A stretch of 60,705 bases of DNA, counting the filler. It is 3 parts of 3 records of this genome, joined end to end, with 100 filler letters (N's around TTAATTAATTAA, not from the genome) between each part and the next. Parts side by side here need not be neighbours in the genome. Positions count along the whole stretch, not along the records: positions 1 to 30,164 come from SRR31156797_13936; 2 more parts are not named here. The stretch is one strand, 5' to 3'. A program made the position numbers and the translations under genes. The notes under the pieces were generated by a model. It did no database searches. It saw only the letters and a program-made list of their open reading frames with translations, and had not been told where the DNA came from. Positions 18,642 to 28,083 of the stretch are shown here, in pieces (positions within the stretch are counted from its first letter, which is position 1; every line of letters begins with the position of its first letter).

Positions 18642-20453
18642 CTAGCAGCTTCTCAAGAATTCTTCAAGGCTCGTTTCCGGATTCAATCCCAGTTTCTTTT
18701 TCAGCCGGTATCTGAAAGTCCTTACCGCATTAGGGCTGATATTCAACAAGCGCGCAATTTCTTTGGTCTGAAGGCCAATCTTCATATAAGCACAAAACCT
18801 TAATTCGTGTTCCGTCAGTCCCGGATAATTCTTCTTCAAGTTGTTGAAAAATTTATGATGTACTTTCTCAAACAATTTTTTGAAACGACTCCATTCTTTT
18901 TCCTGGTTATAATTTGTATCGATGATATTGGAGAGCTCATTAAAATACTGCCTGTCCAAAGTATTGTTATTATAATATTTTTCTGAAAGTTTAGATATCT
19001 GGTTGAGCAGATCGTTTTTTGTGATCAATTGCAGAGAGTGGCTTACCAGTTCCTTTTTCTTTGTCTCCATTTCCGTGTCAAACCTGAGTTTCTCCATCTC
19101 GTTGGTTTTGCGGTCCAGTTCAAGTCGCTCCTCAAGTCGCTGGTTTTCCAGTGTATTAATTGTATTTGATTTCTTCAGACTTTTATATGAAGCCCGAATA
19201 ATTAGTCCAAGCATAATAGTTAATAGCAATATCGAAAAAATAGAAATATATAAAATTAGGTTCTGTTTGCTTTTAATGTCTATCTGTTGGCGGAGAAGTT
19301 TTGCCTCATATTCATGATTATTGATTTTGTTCTGTAGATCGTTTGTAACGATTACTTTTTTCACATCTCCCCCGATAATACTGTCCTTTATTTGCATGTG
19401 CTTTCGATAGTAATCAAGTGCAAGTTTATAATTTCCCAACTTTTTTTCGATATCTGATAGTGCGGATAGGCTTCTCATTTGTACATCCAGGTTAGATGTC
19501 TCCTGGCTTATTCTCAGACTACTGTCAATATAGACCTTTCCTATTTCCGGATCGTTCAGGCTATAAATATAAAGTGATCCGAGGTTGTTAAGTGCTAGCG
19601 CATAAAGGCCTTTATGACCTAATGATCTGGCGTTTTCGATAACAGTTGTCAGTAATTTAACGGCACCATGCAAATTACCTGCCTTTTGGTAATATATACT
19701 AACATTAAGCATTAGTTTGGAAATCTTTAATGTGTCGTGCAAATTATCAAATATTGAATATGCCTTTGTGTAGCAATCCATAATATTGGTGCTGTCGTTC
19801 AACTGAGTATAAATCGAAATCAGGTTGCCATAAGCAATTGCAATTCCATAATCATTACGAATTGAATCAAAAATATCCACCGCCTTTCTGTAGCATTCGA
19901 TGGATTTTTCGATTTCCCCAATCTTTTCGTACACAGTACCTAAATTATTCAGCATTCCTGCCTCCCCAACAGGATTTTGTATCGATTCTGCTAAATCCAG
20001 CGCATTAGAATAATAAATACTGGCTGCAACAAAATCATTCAGGCTTCCGTAAATGTTCCCTGCGGCACTATTCGCCTTGGCCAAGAGGGTGTCATTTTTA
20101 ATAACCTGAGCCAGTTTCAGGCATTTCATCACATACATTAAGGAACTGTCATATTGTTCAAGTCTCAGATAGCATTTTGATTTTTCCAGATTGATTCGGC
20201 AAATTAAATTGCTGTCATTTATTTTATAAGCAATGGAATCTGCTTTTTTAATATTCGCCAGAACCTTTCCCGGAAATCGTGATATTTCATCAGCGGAATA
20301 ATTAAGAAGTTCATGCACTTGATTTTGCCTGTTTCTTCTGTAATTTTCATTTGTATCGGTTTTTGTACAGGTATTCATAACGAAAAGTAAGATGATTGCG
20401 GTAGCCAAAACAGCAATCTTTAACACCGGGAGTTTGTTAATAGTAAAGCCCAT
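18642..20453 (-). CDS. Membrane-anchored TPR sensor with C-terminal LuxR-type HTH
   Basis: N-terminal signal/TM; TPR repeats (LNNLGTVYEKIGEIEKSIECYRKA); second TM; coiled coil; LTEHELRFCAYMKIGLQTKEIARLLNIS...RYRLKKKLGL. Confidence 0.9.
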   Translation of the reverse strand: MGFTINKLPVLKIAVLATAIILLFVMNTCTKTDTNENYRRNRQNQVHELLNYSADEISRFPGKVLANIKKADSIAYKINDSNLICRINLEKSKCYLRLEQYDSSLMYVMKCLKLAQVIKNDTLLAKANSAAGNIYGSLNDFVAASIYYSNALDLAESIQNPVGEAGMLNNLGTVYEKIGEIEKSIECYRKAVDIFDSIRNDYGIAIAYGNLISIYTQLNDSTNIMDCYTKAYSIFDNLHDTLKISKLMLNVSIYYQKAGNLHGAVKLLTTVIENARSLGHKGLYALALNNLGSLYIYSLNDPEIGKVYIDSSLRISQETSNLDVQMRSLSALSDIEKKLGNYKLALDYYRKHMQIKDSIIGGDVKKVIVTNDLQNKINNHEYEAKLLRQQIDIKSKQNLILYISIFSILLLTIMLGLIIRASYKSLKKSNTINTLENQRLEERLELDRKTNEMEKLRFDTEMETKKKELVSHSLQLITKNDLLNQISKLSEKYYNNNTLDRQYFNELSNIIDTNYNQEKEWSRFKKLFEKVHHKFFNNLKKNYPGLTEHELRFCAYMKIGLQTKEIARLLNISPNAVRTFRYRLKKKLGLNPETSLEEFLRSC

Positions 20454-20816
20454 GATATCTCACTATTTGTTTCTGAAAAACGGCAGTTAAACAAGAAACG
20501 AAGGTAGCTATAATTCATTGATGGAATTCGGGAGATTGCACCCTGGGTCGATAGATATCCGTATTTCAAAGCTGGATTTCAGGGGGACAGACCCGGTTTG
20601 TTGTGATTTGGTAGCTTCATCCAAAGCAAAATGAACTAAATGTTGTTCAGGGTTCTCCTGATCAGGATAATATGCTTCCCTTTGGTTTCAATGGAAAAAT
20701 TTGTCATAGTAGCGGTTATTCAATAAGCATTCAATTTTCATTTCCCGAAAAATTCTTCTGATTTGATTTTGACAAAAGAACATTTAGCTGTTATTTAGCC
20801 TGAAATAGATAAATAC

Positions 20817-23279
20817 ATGTTAAGTAATATCAGGAATTATTTGTTAATAATAAAAAGATCAGGATTGATAATTATCCTAATACTCTTTTTTGGCATGATG
20901 AAAACCCAGGCACAAAGAGCACTGATTGAATTGGATGAATGGCATTTTTTCAGGGGAGAAAATCCAGCTGCTTCAATTCCGGATTTTGATGATTCCAGGT
21001 GGCAGGATGTGAAAGTTCCACACGATTGGGCCATTTACGGACCGTTTGATAAGGAGATTGATAAACAGGTTTCGGTCATCGAGCAGAACAACGAAAAGAT
21101 TGCAAACGAAAAAACAGGCCGCACGGGTGCATTGCCACATATTGGGGTAGGGTGGTATCGCACAACTTTTGAGCTACCCGAAAATGAACACGGCAAAAAA
21201 GTCCTGATTGCCTTTGATGGTGCCATGAGTAATGCAGAGGTTTTTGTGAATGGGGAAAAAGTAGGTATTCGGCCTTATGGCTACAGCTATTTCTATTTTG
21301 ATATTACAGAGAATATATATTTTGACCGGGGAAATGTGGTGGCTGTCAGGCTGGAGAATAAACCGCAATCATCACGCTGGTATCCGGGAGCCGGGCTTTA
21401 TCGCAAAGTCAGGTTGATTGTGAAAGAAAAGATGAGTTTCAAGCACTGGGGGCATTTTATTACCACGCCTTATATTGCTGATGAAGTTGCCAAGGTGAAT
21501 ATCCGATCCCGGGTTCAAGGAGAAAATTTAACCATCAAAACCATCATAAGGGATGCCCAGGGCATTGTGGTTGCCGAAAATACTGACGGTACCAGGTTTG
21601 GTGATGAACTAGAGCAAAACATTGCCGTTCCCTATCCGGAATTGTGGTATGTAGAATCTCCCAATTTATATACCGCTGAACTAAACCTTTACCAGGGAGA
21701 AACCCTGAAGGACACTGAGGTTGTTCGTTTCGGGATTCGCGAAATCAGTTATACCCCTGAAAATGGATTTGAACTCAATGGTCATTCCATAAAATTCAAA
21801 GGCGTGTGCCTGCATCATGACCTCGGCCCGCTGGGAGCGGCAATCAGTAAACCGGCTCTGAAAAGGCAGCTGATGATTTTGAAGGACCTGGGCTGTAATG
21901 CCATAAGGTCTGCCCACAATATGCCATCCATCGAGCAACTGGAGCTTTGCGATGAAATGGGATTTTTGTTTTTGGCTGAGAGTTTCGATGAATGGAAAAA
22001 GCCAAAAATGCCCAATGGCTACAATCTTTATTTTGATGAGTGGGCAGAAAAAGATGTGGTTAACCTGGTTCAGGCTACGCGAAATCATCCTTGCATCGTT
22101 ATGTGGAGTGCCGGAAACGAGGTGCCCGACCAATGGGGAAGTGATGGCGTGAAACGCGCAAAATGGCTCCAGGATATTTTTCATCGTGAAGATCCTACAC
22201 GGCCTGTTACCGTTGGGATGGACCAGGTGAAAGCGGTGATGGAAAATGGGTTTGCCGCCATCATGGATATTCCCGGCCTGAACTATCGGGTGCATTTATA
22301 TGAAGAAGCGTTTGAGAAATTTCCTCAGGGTTTTTTACTTGGCTCCGAAACGGCCTCAACGGTGAGCTCAAGAGGTGTGTATAAATTCCCGGTAGAGTTA
22401 GCAGCAGGTAAAAAATATGATGATTTTCAATGTTCGTCTTATGATCTGGAGTACTGCAATTGGTCAAATATTCCGGAAGATGATTTTGTGCTTCAGGATG
22501 ATAAAACCTGGGTGCTTGGAGAGTTTGTCTGGACCGGTTTTGATTATTTGGGAGAGCCCACGCCATATGATAACGAGTGGCCCTCCCGGAGTTCGTATTT
22601 TGGCATTTGCGACCTGGCCGGAATGCCCAAGGACAGGTACTATCTGTACCGTAGCCGTTGGAACGAAAAGGATGAAACATTGCATGTGTTGCCGCATTGG
22701 AACTGGGAAGGTCGTGAAGGTGATACAACGCCAGTATTTGTTTACACCAGCTTTCAAAGTGCTGAATTATTTATCAACGGTAAAAGCCAGGGTATCCAAA
22801 AAAAGAACGACGAATCTATTTTGCATCGCTACCGGCTCATGTGGATGGATGTTGAATATGAACCCGGTGAATTGAAAGTGGTAGCTTTTGATAACAATGG
22901 AAAAATTGCAGCCCAAAAAACAGTGGTTACTGCCGAAAAACCTTACGCTATTCGTCTTGGGGCAGACAGGAAAACACTTATGGCTGATGGTGAGGATTTG
23001 TGTTTTGTAACCGCCACCATTGTTGACAAAAATGGCAATCCATGTCCGACTGCCTCAAACCAGCTTGATGCTGAGGTCTCAGGAAATGGTAATTTCAGGG
23101 CTGTTTGCAATGGCGATGCAACTTCACTTGAGATGTTTCATCATCCAACCATGAAGGCTTTCAATGGTAAGCTGGTGGTAATTGTTCAATCTACTGAACA
23201 AAGTGGTGAAATTGAATTAAATGTTTCCGGAGATGGACTAAAAACCGCCAGAGTTAAAATAGACTCATATGCCAATTAA
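20817..23279 (+). CDS. Glycoside hydrolase family 2 beta-galactosidase-like (DUF4982-type architecture)
   Basis: VPHDWAI, SRWYPGAGLYR, GVCLHHDLGPLG, WSAGNE (acid/base), SETAS (nucleophile), WTGFDYLGEP; exact start uncertain. Confidence 0.92.
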   Translation: MLSNIRNYLLIIKRSGLIIILILFFGMMKTQAQRALIELDEWHFFRGENPAASIPDFDDSRWQDVKVPHDWAIYGPFDKEIDKQVSVIEQNNEKIANEKTGRTGALPHIGVGWYRTTFELPENEHGKKVLIAFDGAMSNAEVFVNGEKVGIRPYGYSYFYFDITENIYFDRGNVVAVRLENKPQSSRWYPGAGLYRKVRLIVKEKMSFKHWGHFITTPYIADEVAKVNIRSRVQGENLTIKTIIRDAQGIVVAENTDGTRFGDELEQNIAVPYPELWYVESPNLYTAELNLYQGETLKDTEVVRFGIREISYTPENGFELNGHSIKFKGVCLHHDLGPLGAAISKPALKRQLMILKDLGCNAIRSAHNMPSIEQLELCDEMGFLFLAESFDEWKKPKMPNGYNLYFDEWAEKDVVNLVQATRNHPCIVMWSAGNEVPDQWGSDGVKRAKWLQDIFHREDPTRPVTVGMDQVKAVMENGFAAIMDIPGLNYRVHLYEEAFEKFPQGFLLGSETASTVSSRGVYKFPVELAAGKKYDDFQCSSYDLEYCNWSNIPEDDFVLQDDKTWVLGEFVWTGFDYLGEPTPYDNEWPSRSSYFGICDLAGMPKDRYYLYRSRWNEKDETLHVLPHWNWEGREGDTTPVFVYTSFQSAELFINGKSQGIQKKNDESILHRYRLMWMDVEYEPGELKVVAFDNNGKIAAQKTVVTAEKPYAIRLGADRKTLMADGEDLCFVTATIVDKNGNPCPTASNQLDAEVSGNGNFRAVCNGDATSLEMFHHPTMKAFNGKLVVIVQSTEQSGEIELNVSGDGLKTARVKIDSYAN

Positions 23280-23356
23280 GCCAGTTGCAGGGAAATCGGT
23301 GGAAGTTATGGATGGGTGGTTTTAAAATTCTGGTTTCCTTCCGGGTCAGATATTTT

Positions 23357-23393
23357 CTACTTCCGGCGCTTGTTGCAAAGAAGTAGTTTTTTT
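23357..23393 (+). terminator. Possible intrinsic terminator after GH2
   Basis: CTACTTC...GAAGTAG stem followed by T7; loop is long. Confidence 0.45.
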
Positions 23394-23715
23394 ATACGTG
23401 AAATTTATTTTTGGCAGAAATCTAAAGTATTGAGGTCGGAATGCCCAATCAACCAAAAAATTTAAATTGCCATGAAGGTAGATTCAATAAATTCAGGAAA
23501 ACCTGAATATATCCATAGCATGATGTTAGACGTGGTTTCAAGTGTTGAAGAAATAAGACGTTGTGAGGCATTATCGACAGAACGTCCGACTGAGTTTTAC
23601 TGCTAACATCAACATGCGTGTTTTAGATTGATTAAAAACAATTGTTAAACAAATCTGATATCTGACTGTTTCGTAGGTTGTATTATTGCCTTTATCCAGC
23701 ATCTAACCAAATCCT

Positions 23716-25215
23716 ATGATCAGAATAATTTTCATTTTTAGCCTTTTAACGCTTATTGGCTGCCAGCAGAAAAAAGAGCATATCGCCACAATCACGTTTC
23801 AAATTGACATGTCCGAAGTTATCGACGATATTTCTGATCCCGAAACCATTGGAATAGTTGGTTCGGGGCCACTGGGATGGAGTAGGGTAGCCATGGAGAA
23901 TACCGGCGAAGATGTTTACTCCGTTACCTTTGAATGGCCGGCCGAAACCCCTGACACCATGCTGTATACTTTTATGCATAGTTATGATGTGTTTGATGAT
24001 TCCGATATTGGGGTAGCGGCATACCGAACGCTTATTGTGACCCCTGGCAAACATATTTTGCCTGTGGTGAAATGGGGAGAATCTAAAGTAAACACATTAC
24101 TGGCAAAACCTTCGCCCATGCTTAAAGTAGAGCAGTCTGACACAGAAGCTGAGCGAAAAGCCCTCAATGTGCCTTACTACGGGGTGACCACAAATGGAGA
24201 ACTAATTCCTGACTTGTATTTGATAAATGCAACCGGGATAAGTACAGCCGGAATAAAGAAAGCCGTAGAAGATTTTCTGAATTCCTTAAATGATGAACAA
24301 AGGAAAATGTGCAGCTTTTCAATCGATGACAAAGAATGGCGCAGATGGTCAAATATTGACTCTTATAAACGAAAAGGTATTGGGCTGCCGGATCTCACGG
24401 AAAAACAAAAAGAACTTGCCTTCAATATACTTAAAGAAAGCCTGAGTCCAAAAGGCTTTCAAAAAACCCAGGATATTATGAAAATGGAAGGTTATCTGGC
24501 GCGCCTGGCCAGTGAGTTTGAAATGTTGGGACCTGATCTTTACTGGTTCACCTTTATGGGTATGCCTTCGGATACTGAACCCTGGGGCTGGCAAATTGAT
24601 GGCCACCACTTGGTGATCAACTACTTTATTCTGGGGGATCAGGTAGTAATGACACCTACATTTATGGGTTCGGAACCAAACTATATAGCTGATGGAGAAA
24701 ACGCAGGCACACGGACTTTTGAAAATGAAGAAAAGTTAGGGCTGGAATTTTATAATTCACTCGGGAATGAGCAGCGAAAAACAGCAACTTTGCTCCACAG
24801 AAAAGATTATAACTACAATCAGGCAGCTTCGTTCGATGATAATGCAGTTGTTCCATATTCCGGGTTAAATGTTGCAGCCCTGGATAAAACACAAATGCGT
24901 ATGCTGGAAGAGCTCATCAGCGAATATACAGGAAACATAAAAGAAGGCCATGCAGAAGTGAGAATGGATGAAATTTTGGATTATATGGACCATACCTATT
25001 TTGCCTGGGTTGGCGGAAGCCATGAGAATGATGCATTTTATTATCGCATTCAAAGTCCGGTTGTGCTCATCGAATTCGATCATCAAACGCCTATTTTTCT
25101 GCCGGGGAGCAAACCCAGCAAAAAGCATATTCATACCATTGTAAGAACACCCAATGGCAACGATTACGGAAAAGATTTACTCCGACAGCACCTCGAAAAA
25201 GACCATCACCATTAA
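23716..25215 (+). CDS. DUF3500 family lipoprotein with an N-terminal CBM20-like beta-sandwich
   Basis: Lipobox LIGC; TITFQIDMS...GIVGSGPLGW N-domain; WGWQIDGHHL, TPTFMGSEP, YYRIQSP..LIEFDHQ, HIHTIVRTPNGNDYG. Confidence 0.85.
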   Translation: MIRIIFIFSLLTLIGCQQKKEHIATITFQIDMSEVIDDISDPETIGIVGSGPLGWSRVAMENTGEDVYSVTFEWPAETPDTMLYTFMHSYDVFDDSDIGVAAYRTLIVTPGKHILPVVKWGESKVNTLLAKPSPMLKVEQSDTEAERKALNVPYYGVTTNGELIPDLYLINATGISTAGIKKAVEDFLNSLNDEQRKMCSFSIDDKEWRRWSNIDSYKRKGIGLPDLTEKQKELAFNILKESLSPKGFQKTQDIMKMEGYLARLASEFEMLGPDLYWFTFMGMPSDTEPWGWQIDGHHLVINYFILGDQVVMTPTFMGSEPNYIADGENAGTRTFENEEKLGLEFYNSLGNEQRKTATLLHRKDYNYNQAASFDDNAVVPYSGLNVAALDKTQMRMLEELISEYTGNIKEGHAEVRMDEILDYMDHTYFAWVGGSHENDAFYYRIQSPVVLIEFDHQTPIFLPGSKPSKKHIHTIVRTPNGNDYGKDLLRQHLEKDHHH

Positions 25216-25231
25216 AATCAGTACAGGATAA

Positions 25232-25370
25232 AACATCGTATAAAATGCATACCGCCTCACACTCTTGACACTTTTATACAATTTAATATTTCAGCAATTT
25301 TAGCGAGGCGTTGGTTTTATACAATTGGTCAGGAGACCCGAAATCTTATGCGAGGACCGTTGTTGTGTGA
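25232..25370 (+). repeat. Imperfect long palindrome resembling a degenerate Bacteroidota attC-like cassette site
   Basis: AACATCGTATAA (25232-43) pairs with TTATGCGA-GGACC-GTT (25346-61); inner arms GTATAAAA/TTTTATAC and CGCCTC/GAGGCG. Confidence 0.5.
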
Positions 25371-25385
25371 TATAAGCAAAACCTA

Positions 25386-25695
25386 ATGAACGAATATTTT
25401 AAGTTGATTTATCTGATACTCATATAATGTTAAGCTATTCCTGTACTGAGAATAAACCGTCTGAAAAGAACAAGAGCAAATCGGAGTTCGTAAACCTTTC
25501 AAAATCTGATACCCTAAACTATAATTCCGGAATTCGGGCAATTTTTCAAGATAGCAAAGGAAATTATTGGATGGGCAGTCACCAGGAAGATGTATGCCGG
25601 TTTAACGGTAAAAAACTTCAACACTATACAACTCAAGTAGGGTTAGCTGATAATCAAATCCGTTAATGATCGAAGATGAATTGTAGGGAATAACA
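25386..25695 (+). pseudogene. Two-component-regulator propeller (Reg_prop) lipoprotein remnant
   Basis: ATG 25386 leader stops at TAA 25425; shifted frame gives LSYSC lipobox and IRAIFQDSKGNYWMGS...GLADNQIR, then a stop; a degenerate IEDE.G continuation follows. Confidence 0.75.
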
Positions 25696-25941
25696 CGAAA
25701 TGCATGCTTTATTAGATTACCAATTCCCTTCAAAAACAATCGAAGTAATAAATCCTGATAAGTACATGTTGGATTTTTTCCTATTCTGTTTATCACCCAT
25801 CTATTATTCTGTATATATCCTGATTTTTTAAACATATTACTGTTTTTCTTCTTTGAACTGCGTAGATTTTTTCATCCTGCTGAGTCGTATAAAAAACTTA
25901 GGGATTTGTATAAATCATTATTTTCTAAGGGGTTATTGAAA

Positions 25942-25949
25942 TAGATTTG
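25942..25949 (+). promoter_or_regulatory. Bacteroidota -7 element for the T9SS gene at 26005
   Basis: TAGATTTG. Confidence 0.5.
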
Positions 25950-26004
25950 TATTGATCAGAAATTTTTTAATGACTCAATTATTAATTATCAAAAGCTTAG
26001 AACG

Positions 26005-28032
26005 ATGAAAAAAACACTACTATTCATGATTTGCATTTCGATAATGCTATCGCTAAATGCACAGCAGGCACAGGTGAAACAAAATCTTAAAACCGAAAGT
26101 GCCAAGAACCTGATGCTGAAAGACTACGAGCCTGTAAACCAGATTCCAATGGTGAAAAACCAAACCCCACAATTTAGTAACACTTTAAAATCTACAGACA
26201 TTGTTTCCGTAATCTCAATCGGGACCTCCGCCAATGCCTTTGGATACGGCTATGCCGGCGGCCAGAAAAACCTGGTTAATTACAATCCGGAAACCAATGT
26301 AGTGACCAACTTTCACCGCATGGGTGGTGACCTGGACCCGGGCGGCTATTCGGGCGATCTGGGTTACGACATTTCATTTGACGGTGGTATGACCTGGACT
26401 AACATGGTTGAATGTTACGTTGCTACCATTAACGCAGGTGGTACCTATTTTGTAGATGCGGCAAGGTATCCAAACCATGGTCTTTACAATCCTGCCGGAA
26501 ATACAGATCCCAATGAAGCCTATGTAACTTTTTTTGCACCCAACCTGGACGAAAGTAATGAACCCGGCGGCTTTGGCGGTTATAGTTATGGCCGTGCCAA
26601 AGTAGGTGATATTGAAGATACAACCAAGCACCTCAAATCTTCGAATCCCGCAGAGGGCATTTATCAGTACACACCGGATGGCTTCTGTATAACCAATACC
26701 GGACATGTTTGGGTAGTCGACGATAACCGGGATATGGCAAATACCCCCAATGCTACTTACATGGGATCGCTTATTGTAAATCATGGTATATGGAATGAAG
26801 AATTGCTTGATTTTGAATATGAAGAGATGTTGTTCGAATTGGATATCAATCCAGCGTTAACCCTCCCTGCCTATCAGGATGTAGAGTTTTCACCGGATGG
26901 CCAATACGGCTATGTGGTGACCCTGGCAGATGATGGCTCAAATGAGGTTTCAGCCGGCGTTTCATATTTTCCGATAATCTGGCGTACTGAAGATGGCGGT
27001 GAAACATGGTCGGATCCAATTCCGGTAGCCCTTGCCGGAGATGAAGGAATTGGGGCTGTTCAGGCTTTCCTTTCGGATGAAGAAATTGCTGAGTTATTTG
27101 AAGAACCCATACCAGATCGTGATGAAATTGCTTTTACCACCGCATTCGATTGTGATTTGAGCGTGGATAAGAATGGGAACCCACATATTGCTGTGATATG
27201 CGGCGTTACCGGATCGGATGCATATTCTATTGTTTCTGATTGGTCGGTTTCAACAGGCTATATGTTTACAGCTGCTTTTCTGCTATCGTCTATGGATAAG
27301 GGAGAAGAGGAAAGCTGGATCGGTTATGAGCTGGGCAGGCCCATTTCATTCCGTGGTGAATTTGGTGCGGATTTCAGTGAAGACAACCGAATACAAATTT
27401 CAAGGGATGCAGTGGGTGAAAAAATGTTTGTTTCATGGCTGGATACGGATACAACAGTTTCATCGGATAATAACGCTCCTGATATCTGGGCCCGCGGTGT
27501 GGACGTAATCGATCATATTTTAACCGTTGATGCCAGTGGCGATCCAAAACCCGTTAATGTAACCTTTGGATCGGAGGCAACATTCCAGGCCTATTTCTTT
27601 GCACAAAGTAATGAGGTAATCAGCAATAATGGAGGAACCTATACCATTCCTTACGTTTATGAAGAAATGAATCCTACAGATCCGGGGCAGCCCGTTCAGT
27701 TTAAGTATATCCAGGATTTTTCATTCAGTGATGATGATTTTGTGATCACCAACATAGAAGAACCTTCTTCTGGTGGTGTAACCGTATCAAAGCTGTATCC
27801 CAATCCGGCGAGTAAGATTACGCAGGTGATAGTTACACTTGAAAAGCCGGCATCTGTTTCCGGGGCTGTATTCGACCTGACCGGCAAAAAAGTGCTGGAA
27901 ATTCCCCCCACAAAATTCACATCTGGTGTAAGTACATTGCCTGTTTCGGTATCCGGGTTAACCAATGGTATTTACTTCATTACCCTGGATATTGGAGAAA
28001 ATATTGTTTCGCATAAGTTGATTGTGGAATAA
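26005..28032 (+). CDS. T9SS type A sorting protein with BNR/Asp-box repeats (probable beta-propeller)
   Basis: Signal peptide; SFDGGMTW and TEDGGETW Asp-boxes; LYPNPAS...GIYFITL...KLIVE CTD. Confidence 0.85.
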   Translation: MKKTLLFMICISIMLSLNAQQAQVKQNLKTESAKNLMLKDYEPVNQIPMVKNQTPQFSNTLKSTDIVSVISIGTSANAFGYGYAGGQKNLVNYNPETNVVTNFHRMGGDLDPGGYSGDLGYDISFDGGMTWTNMVECYVATINAGGTYFVDAARYPNHGLYNPAGNTDPNEAYVTFFAPNLDESNEPGGFGGYSYGRAKVGDIEDTTKHLKSSNPAEGIYQYTPDGFCITNTGHVWVVDDNRDMANTPNATYMGSLIVNHGIWNEELLDFEYEEMLFELDINPALTLPAYQDVEFSPDGQYGYVVTLADDGSNEVSAGVSYFPIIWRTEDGGETWSDPIPVALAGDEGIGAVQAFLSDEEIAELFEEPIPDRDEIAFTTAFDCDLSVDKNGNPHIAVICGVTGSDAYSIVSDWSVSTGYMFTAAFLLSSMDKGEEESWIGYELGRPISFRGEFGADFSEDNRIQISRDAVGEKMFVSWLDTDTTVSSDNNAPDIWARGVDVIDHILTVDASGDPKPVNVTFGSEATFQAYFFAQSNEVISNNGGTYTIPYVYEEMNPTDPGQPVQFKYIQDFSFSDDDFVITNIEEPSSGGVTVSKLYPNPASKITQVIVTLEKPASVSGAVFDLTGKKVLEIPPTKFTSGVSTLPVSVSGLTNGIYFITLDIGENIVSHKLIVE

Positions 28033-28053
28033 TTTGTTAGTTAAAGATGTTTT

Positions 28054-28083
28054 AAAAAGCTGCACATTGTTGCAGCTTTTTTT
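28054..28083. terminator. Bidirectional terminator between convergent genes
   Basis: AAAAAGCTGCA-CATTGT-TGCAGCTTTTTTT. Confidence 0.8.

Noticed and set aside
20454..20816. 363-bp spacer between the TPR-LuxR gene and GH2 as an ncRNA or small gene
   Set aside because: No convincing ORF, hairpin series or repeat; explained as a divergent promoter region
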